A stretch of 64,000 bases of DNA from an uncultured bacterium (GTDB lineage: Bacteria; Patescibacteriota; Minisyncoccia; UBA6257; GWB1-50-10). Below are positions 1-8,824 of the stretch, piece by piece. The position numbers and the translations under genes are program-made. Numbering within the stretch: the stretch's first letter is position 1; each line of letters starts with the position of its first letter. The notes under the pieces are model-generated. The model was given only the letters and a program-made list of their open reading frames with translations. It was not told the origin of the DNA and made no database searches. The stretch lies in assembly GCA_963768835.1 (NCBI GenBank), contig CAVYJB010000002.1:8230-72229 (forward strand). The letters run 5' to 3'.

Positions 1-1
1 T

Positions 2-484
2 CAGAACGACGCGGAGCACTACGAGAGCGAGGAGAGAAAGGAATATCACGAGGTCGTGGCTATCCCGGAGCAAGAAAAGAAGGAAGTGGCCGACATCTTC
101 AAGACGTACGGGCTCGATGAACACGCGATTGCTCCGGTTTTAAAAGTCTTCGAAAAAGACCCCAAGAAGTGGGTTGATTTCATGATGCGGAACGAACTGA
201 ACCTGGACCGGCCCGATCGCAACCGGGCGAGGAACAGCGGACTCACGATCGCCCTCTCCTATCTCGTGGCGGGCTTCATTCCCCTGTCGTCCTACATCTT
301 CGTCCACGATTCCCGCGTCGCCCTTCTTGTCTCCGTGGTCGTAACGCTCCTTGCGCTCCTTGTGTTCGGCTACATCAAGGCAAAACTCATCGGCAACAAT
401 CCGTGGCGGAGCGCATGGAGAACGGCGCTGATCGGAAGCGTCGCGGCCGGCGCGGCCTACCTTATCGCGAAGCTCATCGCGTAA
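2..484 (+). CDS. VIT1/CCC1-family metal transporter, C-terminal part (5' end outside window)
   Basis: Open frame from window edge; C-terminal hydrophobic helices typical of VIT family (GFIPLSSYIFV, LLVFGYIKAKLIGNNPW); stop TAA 482-484. Confidence 0.55.
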   Translation, partial: QNDAEHYESEERKEYHEVVAIPEQEKKEVADIFKTYGLDEHAIAPVLKVFEKDPKKWVDFMMRNELNLDRPDRNRARNSGLTIALSYLVAGFIPLSSYIFVHDSRVALLVSVVVTLLALLVFGYIKAKLIGNNPWRSAWRTALIGSVAAGAAYLIAKLIA

Positions 485-570
485 AAGAACGGAGCATCCT
501 CGGAAGGGTATTAGAGGCTCGGATTCTCTCCTCTCCGCGGATAAGGCGAGACGATTAGAAAAGCCCCGGA

Positions 571-598
571 GTATGTCCGGGGCTTTGTGTGGCAATAG
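571..598. terminator. bidirectional intrinsic terminator between convergent VIT gene and purB
   Basis: hairpin gccccgg-agtatgt-ccggggc followed by TTTGTGT; A-run on the other side. Confidence 0.6.
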
Positions 599-601
599 CA
601 T

Positions 602-2086
602 TCATTCACCGATGATGTGCTGATAGAGCGTTGCTTCGTGCTTCAGGAGGAATGCGGGTTCGAACAGCCGATCCCACTGCGCACGAACGGTACGGTCGGC
701 GAACAGATCCTTGAGGTACCGATTGTATATCTTGGTCCGTTCCTTGCTGACATCGAGCTCGTCCGTCGGAAGGAGACGTCCGGTGGGAATGAATTCCCGA
801 ATCGAGACAACCTCGCGTGGCGGCAGGTTTTCCATGGCTTTCAGCAATGCGGACGCATCTTCATACGACTTCGGACCAAATTCCCGCAACCTCTTCCACT
901 GCCAGGATGGTTCGAACACGTTGAAGCAGGCGAGCTGCACGATCCGGTAGACGTCTTCGTAGCCCAATCCCTTGGGAACCAGGTGTTCCTTCAGGAATTC
1001 CTTCACCTCGCTCGAGGCGTACACGCCCCGGGACTCGTAGACCTCGAGGAGCATGTTCTCGGGGTAAACCTGAAGGTCGGCGAGGATGTTCGTGAGTGTC
1101 TCCAGCGCATGGACGGTCACATGGAACAGGTCGGGCCAGGCCACGCGCTCGACCGAGGATTGCTCGATGGAGCGCTCTTCCCAGGTCGCCACGTTCGCCG
1201 TGATCATGTTCATGTACCCGATGGCCATCCGCGCCATCCCCTTCAGCTGTTCCAGACTGATGGGGTTGCGCTTGTGCGGCATTGCCGAGGAGCCCTTCTG
1301 CTTCTTCTTGAACGGTTCGCGCATGAGCGGACGGCCGCTCCGGGCATTCAAGCGAATGTCGGTGGCAATCTTGTCGACCACCTGCACGAGACCGCAGAGC
1401 CCTTGCGCGACCGGGGCATAGAGTATCCGTGGCATGATCTGGGTCGCGCCGTAGAACGGCTCGAACCCCAATATCCTGAGCGCTTTCCGTTCGAGCTCGG
1501 GGTCGATGCTCCCGTACTTCCCGATGGCTCCGGACATCCTCGAGTACTTGAGGTTCTTGGATGCGTTCGCGAGCGTCTCGTTCGCGACAAACAGGTCCTT
1601 GCCCCAGGTGAGGCACCGGGCACCGAAACTCTGCAGTTCCGCCTCTTGGCCGTGGGTCCGGGCGTTCATGAGCGTATAGCGATATTTCCGGGCAAGGCTA
1701 ACCATAACCTGCTGTATGTCCTTGTAGCGCGTGGATACCAGCTCCAGACACTCGAGCAATATCCGTGCGAAAGGGGACTCTTCCGTGTCGTACGAAGTCA
1801 TATCCTTATGCACGTACTGCTGCAATTCCTTCGGCAGGTGGCGGAGCCGCTCGTCGAGGAACGCATTCAGGTCGTGATGAATCTCCTTGTCGCGCGCTTT
1901 CCACCATTCGACATCGATCGGAGTGGCACGCCAGAGCGAATCGATCTTCCGGAACGCCTCGAGGGGGACGTTTCCGAGCTCGACCTGTGCGCTCATGGCG
2001 GCAAGTTCGGTCCCCTGCCATAGTCCCAGCTTGTGCTCGTTGCTCCAGGCTTTGGTGACGTCGGATTTTACATACCGTGGGTCCAT
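602..2086 (-). CDS. purB: adenylosuccinate lyase
   Basis: Fumarate-lyase-family protein typical of PurB; likely start MDPRYVKSD with SD AAGGAGG upstream (ORF-track start 2221 is probably an N-terminal over-extension). Confidence 0.85.
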   Translation of the reverse strand: MDPRYVKSDVTKAWSNEHKLGLWQGTELAAMSAQVELGNVPLEAFRKIDSLWRATPIDVEWWKARDKEIHHDLNAFLDERLRHLPKELQQYVHKDMTSYDTEESPFARILLECLELVSTRYKDIQQVMVSLARKYRYTLMNARTHGQEAELQSFGARCLTWGKDLFVANETLANASKNLKYSRMSGAIGKYGSIDPELERKALRILGFEPFYGATQIMPRILYAPVAQGLCGLVQVVDKIATDIRLNARSGRPLMREPFKKKQKGSSAMPHKRNPISLEQLKGMARMAIGYMNMITANVATWEERSIEQSSVERVAWPDLFHVTVHALETLTNILADLQVYPENMLLEVYESRGVYASSEVKEFLKEHLVPKGLGYEDVYRIVQLACFNVFEPSWQWKRLREFGPKSYEDASALLKAMENLPPREVVSIREFIPTGRLLPTDELDVSKERTKIYNRYLKDLFADRTVRAQWDRLFEPAFLLKHEATLYQHIIGE

Positions 2087-2280
2087 GTCCCATTCCTCCT
2101 TATGTGTGGTTGTATGGTGCTGGCCTAGTTCTAACGGAGTTTGATGCGGAACGCAAGCCGATGCTCCGGAAACTTGCCATCCGCCCCGGCTTCTGATAAA
2201 ACGAAGCCAGCTCGGAACCATGGAAAAGGTGCAACAGGCATCTTCCCATCATCCATCCACAAGTAAATAAGGAGGTTGAC

Positions 2281-3750
2281 ATGCCCAAGATCCCCGACAT
2301 GGTGCGCCGCGAGTTCGTTTCCGGACTCCCCCTGCAATCACGCGGCAAGGTGCGGGATACGTACACGCTTACCGACACGCGCTTCGTGCTTCCGGTCGCC
2401 ACGGACCGGCTGAGCATTTTCGATTTCGTCCTGCCGGCCGAAGTCCATCAGAAGGGCGAGATCCTGGCCGCGCTGAATGTCTTTTGGGCGACGGAACTCT
2501 ACGGCTGGGGGCCGCAGGACGCGGTCGCCTGGGGGCGCGAGATCGACCTGTATCTTCCGGAGGCGCATCGAGGCAACGCCGATCTCCAGAAGCGCGGCAT
2601 GGTCGTGAAGAAGCTCGACATGGTTCCCGTAGAGGCCGTCGTGCGGGGATACCTCACCGGCAGCGGTTGGGCGGCGTACCAGGAGACGGCTCCGAACTAT
2701 ATGGTCTGCGGGCACACGTTGCCGCACGGCCTCCAGGACGGCGATCTCTTGCCCGAACCCATCTTCACGCCGACGACCAAAGCGACGGAGGGCCATGATG
2801 AGCACATGGATTTCAATGCGGTGGCCGACCGGTTCGGTCCGGGCATCGGCGCACGGGCGCTCCAGCTCTTCACACGCGCGAGCGAGTTTGCACGGGCGCG
2901 CGGCATCCTCATTGCCGACACGAAGCTCGAGTTCGGCACGGAACCCGTGACGGGGGAGCTCGTGCTGGGCGACGAGCGCTTCACCCCGGATTCAAGCCGG
3001 TTCTGGCTCTTGGACGACTGGAAGAAGTCGCGCGCCACGGGGACGAGCCCGACCTCGCTCGACAAGCAGTACGTTCGTGAATGGGGCAAGAAATTCGGCA
3101 TCAACAATCTCAAGCCCGAGCGCCCGGAAGACGTCGAGCGTGTGCACCATCAGATCGTCCCCCGGGACGTCCTCGCAAGGACCGCGCGGATCTACCGTTA
3201 CATCTTCTATCTTCTGACCGGCAAGCGCCTCGAGGCCTTCCAGCAAGAGGTGATGGGTGTCCCTGCGTCCCTGCCCCCGATCGAGATCGTCCTCGGCAGC
3301 GAGTCGGACCTTCCGCAGGTGCAGGGGGGGCTCGACGAGCTCCGCAACGCCAAGGTTTCCTTCCGGCTGCACATCATCAGCTGCCATCGTAACCCGGGAG
3401 TCTTGCGACGGTACGCGGAGGAGTCCGTCCCCCGGAACGCGACGGTCATTGCAGCCGCCGGAAAAGCCGCGGCCCTGCCCGGCGTGCTCCAGGCATGGCT
3501 TCGCGAGTACGGCAAGGGCGAGGTTCCCGTGCTCGGCGTGGGGCTCGTGGGGAAAACCGATCAGGAGAATGCGGCGTCCATCCTCTCCATTGAGGAACTT
3601 CCCGGAAACCCCGTCGTTCTGGAGGGGGCCGGGAAAGCGTACTTCGGGGGGAAAGGATTCCTGCAGGCGTGCACCGATGCGGTCACCAAGGAATTCTTCC
3701 TTCCGCCGTCGGCGCCGAAAGACGCCAAGCTCAGTTTCATGGTCGGATAG
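2281..3750 (+). CDS. purC-purE: fused SAICAR synthetase (PurC) - N5-CAIR mutase/AIR carboxylase (PurE)
   Basis: N-terminal PurC motifs (GKVRDTY...DRLSIFDF); C-terminal 160 aa PurE (IVLGSESDLPQV...ISCHRNPGVL...AAGKAAALPGV); SD AAGGAGG before ATG. Confidence 0.85.
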   Translation: MPKIPDMVRREFVSGLPLQSRGKVRDTYTLTDTRFVLPVATDRLSIFDFVLPAEVHQKGEILAALNVFWATELYGWGPQDAVAWGREIDLYLPEAHRGNADLQKRGMVVKKLDMVPVEAVVRGYLTGSGWAAYQETAPNYMVCGHTLPHGLQDGDLLPEPIFTPTTKATEGHDEHMDFNAVADRFGPGIGARALQLFTRASEFARARGILIADTKLEFGTEPVTGELVLGDERFTPDSSRFWLLDDWKKSRATGTSPTSLDKQYVREWGKKFGINNLKPERPEDVERVHHQIVPRDVLARTARIYRYIFYLLTGKRLEAFQQEVMGVPASLPPIEIVLGSESDLPQVQGGLDELRNAKVSFRLHIISCHRNPGVLRRYAEESVPRNATVIAAAGKAAALPGVLQAWLREYGKGEVPVLGVGLVGKTDQENAASILSIEELPGNPVVLEGAGKAYFGGKGFLQACTDAVTKEFFLPPSAPKDAKLSFMVG

Positions 3751-3765
3751 CCGACCAGCACTAAT

Positions 3766-3801
3766 AGGTGGTGTTCCGAAAGGAACCCACCTATTTTTTT
3801 A
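3766..3801 (+). terminator. intrinsic terminator after purC-purE
   Basis: stem aggtgg...ccacct enclosing gttcc-gaaa-ggaac, followed by ATTTTTTTT. Confidence 0.7.
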
Positions 3802-3975
3802 ACCGTTCTGCGTTTCCAATCCTCCCCTTCGGGAGGGCTGAGTTGCGGCTATTCTACGCCGCATTCACAATAATTTTTACAGGCGGGGAGCTTCCCGCGG
3901 CCACGGAACATTTCCGAACACCAAATGCGCGTGTTCGCTCCTGGGGTCTGAAGGATCGTTTTCGCTCGACGCTAC

Positions 3976-4239
3976 GTGAACGATCGAAAAATCCCCGTCA
4001 TTGTGGACTGGTTCTCCGGCGACGACGGGCATTACTCGGTGGTTGTTGGAATCGACCGGAAATACATTCACCTGCAGGACCCGGAGCTCGGAAAAGTACG
4101 GTCCCTCGATATCCCGACCTTTCGGAGAGTCTGGTTCGACTTCCCGGGAGACATGCTCCACTCCCACCGCGATCTCATTCTCCGCCGCATGATCGTCGTG
4201 GAAGCGCGGAGCGTCCGAAAGGCGCGCCGCCGCGGCTAG
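3976..4239 (+). pseudogene. C-terminal fragment of a peptidase-C39-like (papain-fold) domain; N-terminal catalytic Cys region missing
   Basis: GDDGHYSVVVGIDRKYIHLQDPELG resembles the His-containing C-terminal half of C39 peptidases; in-frame stop at 3949 leaves no room for the Cys half; GTG start only. Confidence 0.35.
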
Positions 4240-4416
4240 AAATTCTTCCGACGCGCGCTCCGCACCGCGTGGCGCAAAGTTATCCACAGATTTTTGAAAT
4301 CAAATGGTATATAATGAACAGGTAAGGATAATTTGTAAACAAAGTTAACATGATTGCTGGTCGACGATCCTCTGTTAACACTAAATGTCGAGCCGCCGGC
4401 TCATACCTCAACCAAG

Positions 4417-4473
4417 ATGAAAAAGAAAGCGAAGAAGAAGGCAAAGAAGAGCAAGAAGGGGGGCCGCAAGTAG
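4417..4473 (+). CDS. 18-aa lysine-rich micro-ORF (MKKKAKKKAKKSKKGGRK), speculative
   Basis: Strong extended -10 (TGGTATATAAT) about 95 nt upstream and an intrinsic terminator directly downstream; no clear SD. Confidence 0.2.
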   Translation: MKKKAKKKAKKSKKGGRK

Positions 4474-4481
4474 CCCTGGAA

Positions 4482-4507
4482 AGCCGCTCATAGGAGCGGC
4501 TTTTTGT
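4482..4507 (+). terminator. intrinsic terminator
   Basis: agccgctc-atag-gagcggct followed by TTTTTGTT. Confidence 0.65.
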
Positions 4508-4537
4508 TACCTTCTCCCCGCGGCCCCGTAGCATATA

Positions 4538-5128
4538 ATGAAACGTATGAACACCATCAACAAAAGGCAGGTTGTGTACGGCGCCGTCGTCGTGGTCGCG
4601 CTCGTCGCGATCATCCTTGTCTTCGGGCACGGCGCGGGAACGCCCGGCGCGTCGCCCACGGGGACCTCCGGGATCGCATCGTCGGCCCCGTACTACGCGC
4701 CGCCCGTGGGCCCTAGTGGACGGATCGTCGCGCCCCTCACGCCCAAGCCCTCCGCCGTCACGCCGCCTCCGGGAGGCGCTCCCGCCGCGACCGTGATGCC
4801 CGGACCGGGAACGCCCGCCGCCGCGCCGAAGACGTACACGGTCACGTACACCGACAGCGGCTTCTCCCCGAGCGTCGTCACGATCAAGAAGGGCGACACC
4901 GTGGTGTTCAAGAACGAAAGCACGACCTCGTTCTGGCCCGCATCGGACCCGCACCCGCTCCACAACGGCTATCCGACCACGGGCGGCTGCATCGGAAGCA
5001 CCTTCGACGCCTGCGCGTACATCCCGCCGGGCGGCCAGTGGTCCTTCCTCTTCCAGTTCATCGGCTCCTGGGGATACCACGACCACCTGAGCCCGCGGCA
5101 GGGAGGCACCGTCGTCGTCACGCAGTAG
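4538..5128 (+). CDS. secreted cupredoxin-like (plastocyanin/EfeO-type) domain protein
   Basis: N-terminal TM/signal anchor, Pro-rich linker, C-terminal beta-sandwich with conserved-looking HDH and Cys residues (GDTVVFKNES...CAYIPPGGQW...GYHDH). Confidence 0.55.
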   Translation: MKRMNTINKRQVVYGAVVVVALVAIILVFGHGAGTPGASPTGTSGIASSAPYYAPPVGPSGRIVAPLTPKPSAVTPPPGGAPAATVMPGPGTPAAAPKTYTVTYTDSGFSPSVVTIKKGDTVVFKNESTTSFWPASDPHPLHNGYPTTGGCIGSTFDACAYIPPGGQWSFLFQFIGSWGYHDHLSPRQGGTVVVTQ

Positions 5129-5151
5129 AAAAACATGGAGAGGAAATCCCA

Positions 5152-5179
5152 CCCGCCCCCGACCCGGGGCGGGATTTTC
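5152..5179 (+). terminator. intrinsic terminator
   Basis: 8-bp GC stem cccgcccc/ggggcggg, 6-nt loop, then ATTTT. Confidence 0.65.
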
Positions 5180-5216
5180 ATCCGCGGCGGGGGGCTGAAT
5201 CTGCTAGAATGGAGGT

Positions 5217-6275
5217 ATGAAGCGCGAACGCTCGGAGGTCATCCGCACCATCCGCAAGGTGCTCCCGACGGTGGTTTCCATCGTCATCTCGAAGGACCAC
5301 GTCGCGGTGGAACGGGAGCTCGCCGACATGGATCCCAAGAAGAAGAACGGCCGGAAGCCCGGCCCGGATTTCCAGATCCCCGCCGACCGGATCGACGCCG
5401 AGGGGATGGTGGAGGTGGGCGGCGGCTCCGGCTTCCTCGTGGACCCCGGCGGCATCGTCCTCACCAACAAGCACGTCATCGCGGAGCCCAACGCCCGGTA
5501 CACCGTCGTGGGGCACGACGGCGCGGAGTATCCCGCGGAGGTCCTGGCCCGGGACCCTATGAACGACGTGGCGATCCTAAAGATCAAGCCCCCGCATCCC
5601 CTCGAGGCCATCGCGCTCGGGGACTCCGCCCACCTCGAGCTCGGCCAGACCGTCCTCGCGATCGGCAACGCGCTCGGGCTCTTCAAGAACACGGTCTCCA
5701 TGGGCATCGTTTCGGGGCTTTCCCGCTCGGTTTCCGCGCAGGCGGACCCCGGCGCCCCCCCGCAGGAGCTCCGCGGGCTCATCCAGACGGACGCGGCCAT
5801 CAACCCCGGGAACTCCGGCGGCCCTTTGGTAGACATCTTCGGCCGCGCGGTGGGCATCAACGCGGCGGTCGTCTACGGCGCCCAGAACATCAACTTCGCG
5901 ATCCCCATCCACGCCGCCGGGCGCGATCTCGCCGACCTCAAGGAGTACGGCCGCATCCGCCGCCCGCTCCTCGGGCTCCGCTACCTCACGGTGAACCACG
6001 CGGTGCAGGGGAAGTTCAAGCTGCCGGTCGACTACGGCGCGCTCGTCACCAAGGAGCATCCCTTCGACAGCGCGGTCATCCCCGGGAGCCCCGCAGCAGT
6101 CGCCGACATCCGCGAGGGCGACATCGTGCTCGAGTGGGACGGCAAGCGCATCACGCCGGAGAAGAACCTCCAGGACTGCCTCGAGACCGCGGAGGTGGGG
6201 GAGGAGGTGCCTCTCACGGTCCTGCGCGACGGCAAGACCTTCTCCGCGACCGTGCGGCTCGCCGAACGGAAGTAG
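5217..6275 (+). CDS. htrA: HtrA/DegP-family serine protease with C-terminal PDZ domain
   Basis: Trypsin-like catalytic motifs (TNKHVI ... GNSGGPLVD), C-terminal PDZ-like region. Confidence 0.85.
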   Translation: MKRERSEVIRTIRKVLPTVVSIVISKDHVAVERELADMDPKKKNGRKPGPDFQIPADRIDAEGMVEVGGGSGFLVDPGGIVLTNKHVIAEPNARYTVVGHDGAEYPAEVLARDPMNDVAILKIKPPHPLEAIALGDSAHLELGQTVLAIGNALGLFKNTVSMGIVSGLSRSVSAQADPGAPPQELRGLIQTDAAINPGNSGGPLVDIFGRAVGINAAVVYGAQNINFAIPIHAAGRDLADLKEYGRIRRPLLGLRYLTVNHAVQGKFKLPVDYGALVTKEHPFDSAVIPGSPAAVADIREGDIVLEWDGKRITPEKNLQDCLETAEVGEEVPLTVLRDGKTFSATVRLAERK

Positions 6276-6405
6276 GTCTCCGCCTTTTTAAAAACTTGAC
6301 CCGCGGCTGCGCGGGTTTTGTGATGACGCTCACGTGCGTCTGCTGACGTAATAAAAGACCCCGATAAAGGGGTCCTTGTCCCGTATGTTGTATCACGGGA
6401 ATTTT

Positions 6406-7650
6406 TTACTTCAGTACAGCTTCCCGCACCAAGAGGATGTCTCTGCCGTTCCCCTTTTCTTCCTTAGACGCCCACTTGTTGTAAGCGATGAGTTTCAGGT
6501 GTACGGAAAGGCGCTCGCCGGTACCGCTGGTGCGCTCCGCCGAAACCCATTCATCCGTCTTTTTCTTTGCGAGTGCGAATCCATCATGCATCATATTTTT
6601 CTCGGATTCGTGAGGGGTCCCCTCGCAGGCGTACGTGATGGTTACCATAGCATGGTTAACGTCACCCCGAAATTCATGCGTGACGTCGATTGCGGTGCCA
6701 CGACGGTAGCCATATCGATACTCTACCAATGGGCGGATGACCCCGATGAGGTTTTGCATTTTCCCTTCGACCGCTCCGATTTTCTCGGCATTCGATTCCA
6801 GGAAAGCGAGTGTAGTATCGGACGCATACTCCAGAGGACGCATGGTCCTCATGCAGGCGGCGATTTTTTGGATCCCCTGGCGTCGAGGATGTGGGACGCC
6901 AGAGATGTCCCACGACCTCCCGACGGTATTTCGCACCCATGCAATGGCGAGTATGTTAGCGATTTCTTGCCGGTCCACGATCTCCGGTTCCTGACCCTCC
7001 ATTCTCGCTTCCACGGCTTGCACAAAGTGCCTCTCGAGCCGTTCCGGTTCGACGCTATCATCGGTCGCTTTGCGTATGGTCTCAAGCCGCACTTCGCGTT
7101 CCTTGCTGAAGTCTGGTGCAAGAGCGAGAAGAAAGGCGAAGAGCGTGTCCGATTCTGCTTTGTCGGCGGTGGTAAAGCATCGTGAGCTCACTTCGGTCAA
7201 CATCGCACGGCACGTTTCGAGCAGCGTGGGAAACTTCTCCTTCCCGTGCGCATATTCATTTTCCGTAACGAGCCAGCTCACGGGGCGCACCTCGAACGTC
7301 GGTAGGAGGTGGTACAGCGCGGTCGCCTGCTCCGCCCGGACGGATGCGGCGTGATCCCTTGCTTTGCCCAGTCCATCGCCCAAGTTCCGCGGGACATTGA
7401 AGATGCCGCGGCGGTTTGTCGCTTCCAGAAGCGGCACAATTTCAGCATCGGTGATTGCCTGCATGATCCATTGGAAGAGTCTTGCCGACGCTTTGTCGTC
7501 ACGTGCGTGCGCGCATGTGAAGAAGACGTTTTCGAGCACGCCTGCACGCTCCATCAATGGCGCCGCCTGAGCGACGGTGAGCGTAGTCCAATCGGTGGCT
7601 TCGGCGATGTGCGCCAGCACATCCTTATGTTCATTCCAGTTCCCACACAT
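6406..7650 (-). CDS. hypothetical protein (about 415 aa), function unknown
   Basis: Long ORF at lower local GC than flanks; probable start MCGNWNEHKD with SD AAAGGAA 8 nt upstream (ORF-track start 7899 likely over-extended); no recognisable motifs. Confidence 0.5.
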   Translation of the reverse strand: MCGNWNEHKDVLAHIAEATDWTTLTVAQAAPLMERAGVLENVFFTCAHARDDKASARLFQWIMQAITDAEIVPLLEATNRRGIFNVPRNLGDGLGKARDHAASVRAEQATALYHLLPTFEVRPVSWLVTENEYAHGKEKFPTLLETCRAMLTEVSSRCFTTADKAESDTLFAFLLALAPDFSKEREVRLETIRKATDDSVEPERLERHFVQAVEARMEGQEPEIVDRQEIANILAIAWVRNTVGRSWDISGVPHPRRQGIQKIAACMRTMRPLEYASDTTLAFLESNAEKIGAVEGKMQNLIGVIRPLVEYRYGYRRGTAIDVTHEFRGDVNHAMVTITYACEGTPHESEKNMMHDGFALAKKKTDEWVSAERTSGTGERLSVHLKLIAYNKWASKEEKGNGRDILLVREAVLK

Positions 7651-7911
7651 ACTGTCCGTTCCTTTCTGGATTCCGCAGAATCCGTATCGCCGCCTTCCAC
7701 AGAAGGCGGTTCCGACGCGCAGCCCGCAGGCCCGCCGCACCGGAGAGGTTTGTAAAAGTACCACAGGGAGTCTCCCTGCGTGACTGTACGGTACACCCGT
7801 CCTGCAAAGGGCGTCAAGAAATCCGCGTCGCGCCGTCGTCTCGCTGGTCCCCTCCAAAAATATAAAAGCAGCGCGCGGGAGCGCTGCTCTTCTTGGCATC
7901 CCCGGAAAGGG

Positions 7912-8820
7912 TTAGTAGGTGTAGCGGTCCACGAGGAGGCCTTTTGCGTCGAGGAGGAGGATCTGATCGTGCTGTTGGTCGAACGGCATCACGGTCCCGG
8001 TCCAGACGCGCCATTCGTTCGAGAAAAAGTTCGCGGTCCCCACGTAGTGGTTGTAGCAGCCGAGGTAGTTGAACGTGCGCTGGATGTACGCCTGGCAGTC
8101 CGCGTCGGGGAAATCGCTGAAACTGTTCATCTCATCCACGGTCGGGATCCGGCACCCCCCGAGCGAGTCGATGTAGCTCTGGCAGCGTCCCGAGAATCCC
8201 CCGATCACGCCCTGGTCGATGGCGGGGCAGTTGTCGGGGAGGGCGGGCGTGAAGTTCGCCGTGCCGTTCAGGTATCCCATGCATTCGTTCAGGCGGAGGT
8301 TCACCCCGATGGGATTCTGGGAACCGTACACCTCGAGGTAGTCGCTCGACTGGAGCACGATGTCCGCGGAGGCCGCGGTCCCGGCGGGATTGTAGTTCGC
8401 CACCGCCTGCGGAATCACCACGTCGCCGTGGTTCGCGTGAACCCTCCACCCGGTCACGTCGACGCCCGAGGTGAGGCTCGAATCGACGGAGGACAGGTTG
8501 AACTGGCCGTTCCATCCGAAGCTCGGGGGCTGAACCGAGGAGAGATGCACCTTCTGGTACAAAGGGGAGAGCTGCGCCACCGTGAAGCCCGGCGGCGGGG
8601 TCGGGGTCGGCGGACTCGGAGGCGCTGCAGGCGTGGGCGCGGGCTGCGGGGAGGGAGGTGGGGGAAGCCGCGACCCCACGGTCAGGCTGCTCGTCGAATG
8701 CAGGGAGAGCCCGGAGAAGAATTTCCCGAGGTTCAGGTCGCGGAAGACCGGGAGAATGACCGCGTAGATGAGTACGATAATGATGCCGATTGCGATGACC
8801 AGAAAGACGATCTTCTGCAT
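7912..8820 (-). CDS. membrane-anchored secreted protein with Pro/Thr-rich linker, hypothetical
   Basis: N-terminal TM helix, PPPPSPQPAPTP linker, Cys-rich C-terminal domain; starts 5 nt after leuS stop (co-transcribed). Confidence 0.55.
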   Translation of the reverse strand: MQKIVFLVIAIGIIIVLIYAVILPVFRDLNLGKFFSGLSLHSTSSLTVGSRLPPPPSPQPAPTPAAPPSPPTPTPPPGFTVAQLSPLYQKVHLSSVQPPSFGWNGQFNLSSVDSSLTSGVDVTGWRVHANHGDVVIPQAVANYNPAGTAASADIVLQSSDYLEVYGSQNPIGVNLRLNECMGYLNGTANFTPALPDNCPAIDQGVIGGFSGRCQSYIDSLGGCRIPTVDEMNSFSDFPDADCQAYIQRTFNYLGCYNHYVGTANFFSNEWRVWTGTVMPFDQQHDQILLLDAKGLLVDRYTY

Positions 8821-8824
8821 GGGT

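Noticed and set aside
617-2023. Large antisense ORFs in high-GC coding regions (for example 617..2023+, 10289..12793+, 19450..21111+ upstream part, 24241..25392+, 25256..27292+, 27540..29489+, 53338..55818- upstream part, 5135..6346+, 4280..5152-)
   Set aside because: These are typical stop-codon-poor shadow ORFs of a 65% GC genome. They overlap well-supported genes with clear homology on the other strand and have Arg/Ala/Gly/Pro-rich low-complexity translations.
2087-2280. Purine or ZTP riboswitch in the purB / purC-purE divergent intergenic region
   Set aside because: No match to conserved purine-aptamer or ZTP (pfl) motifs was seen. Only SD sequences are evident.
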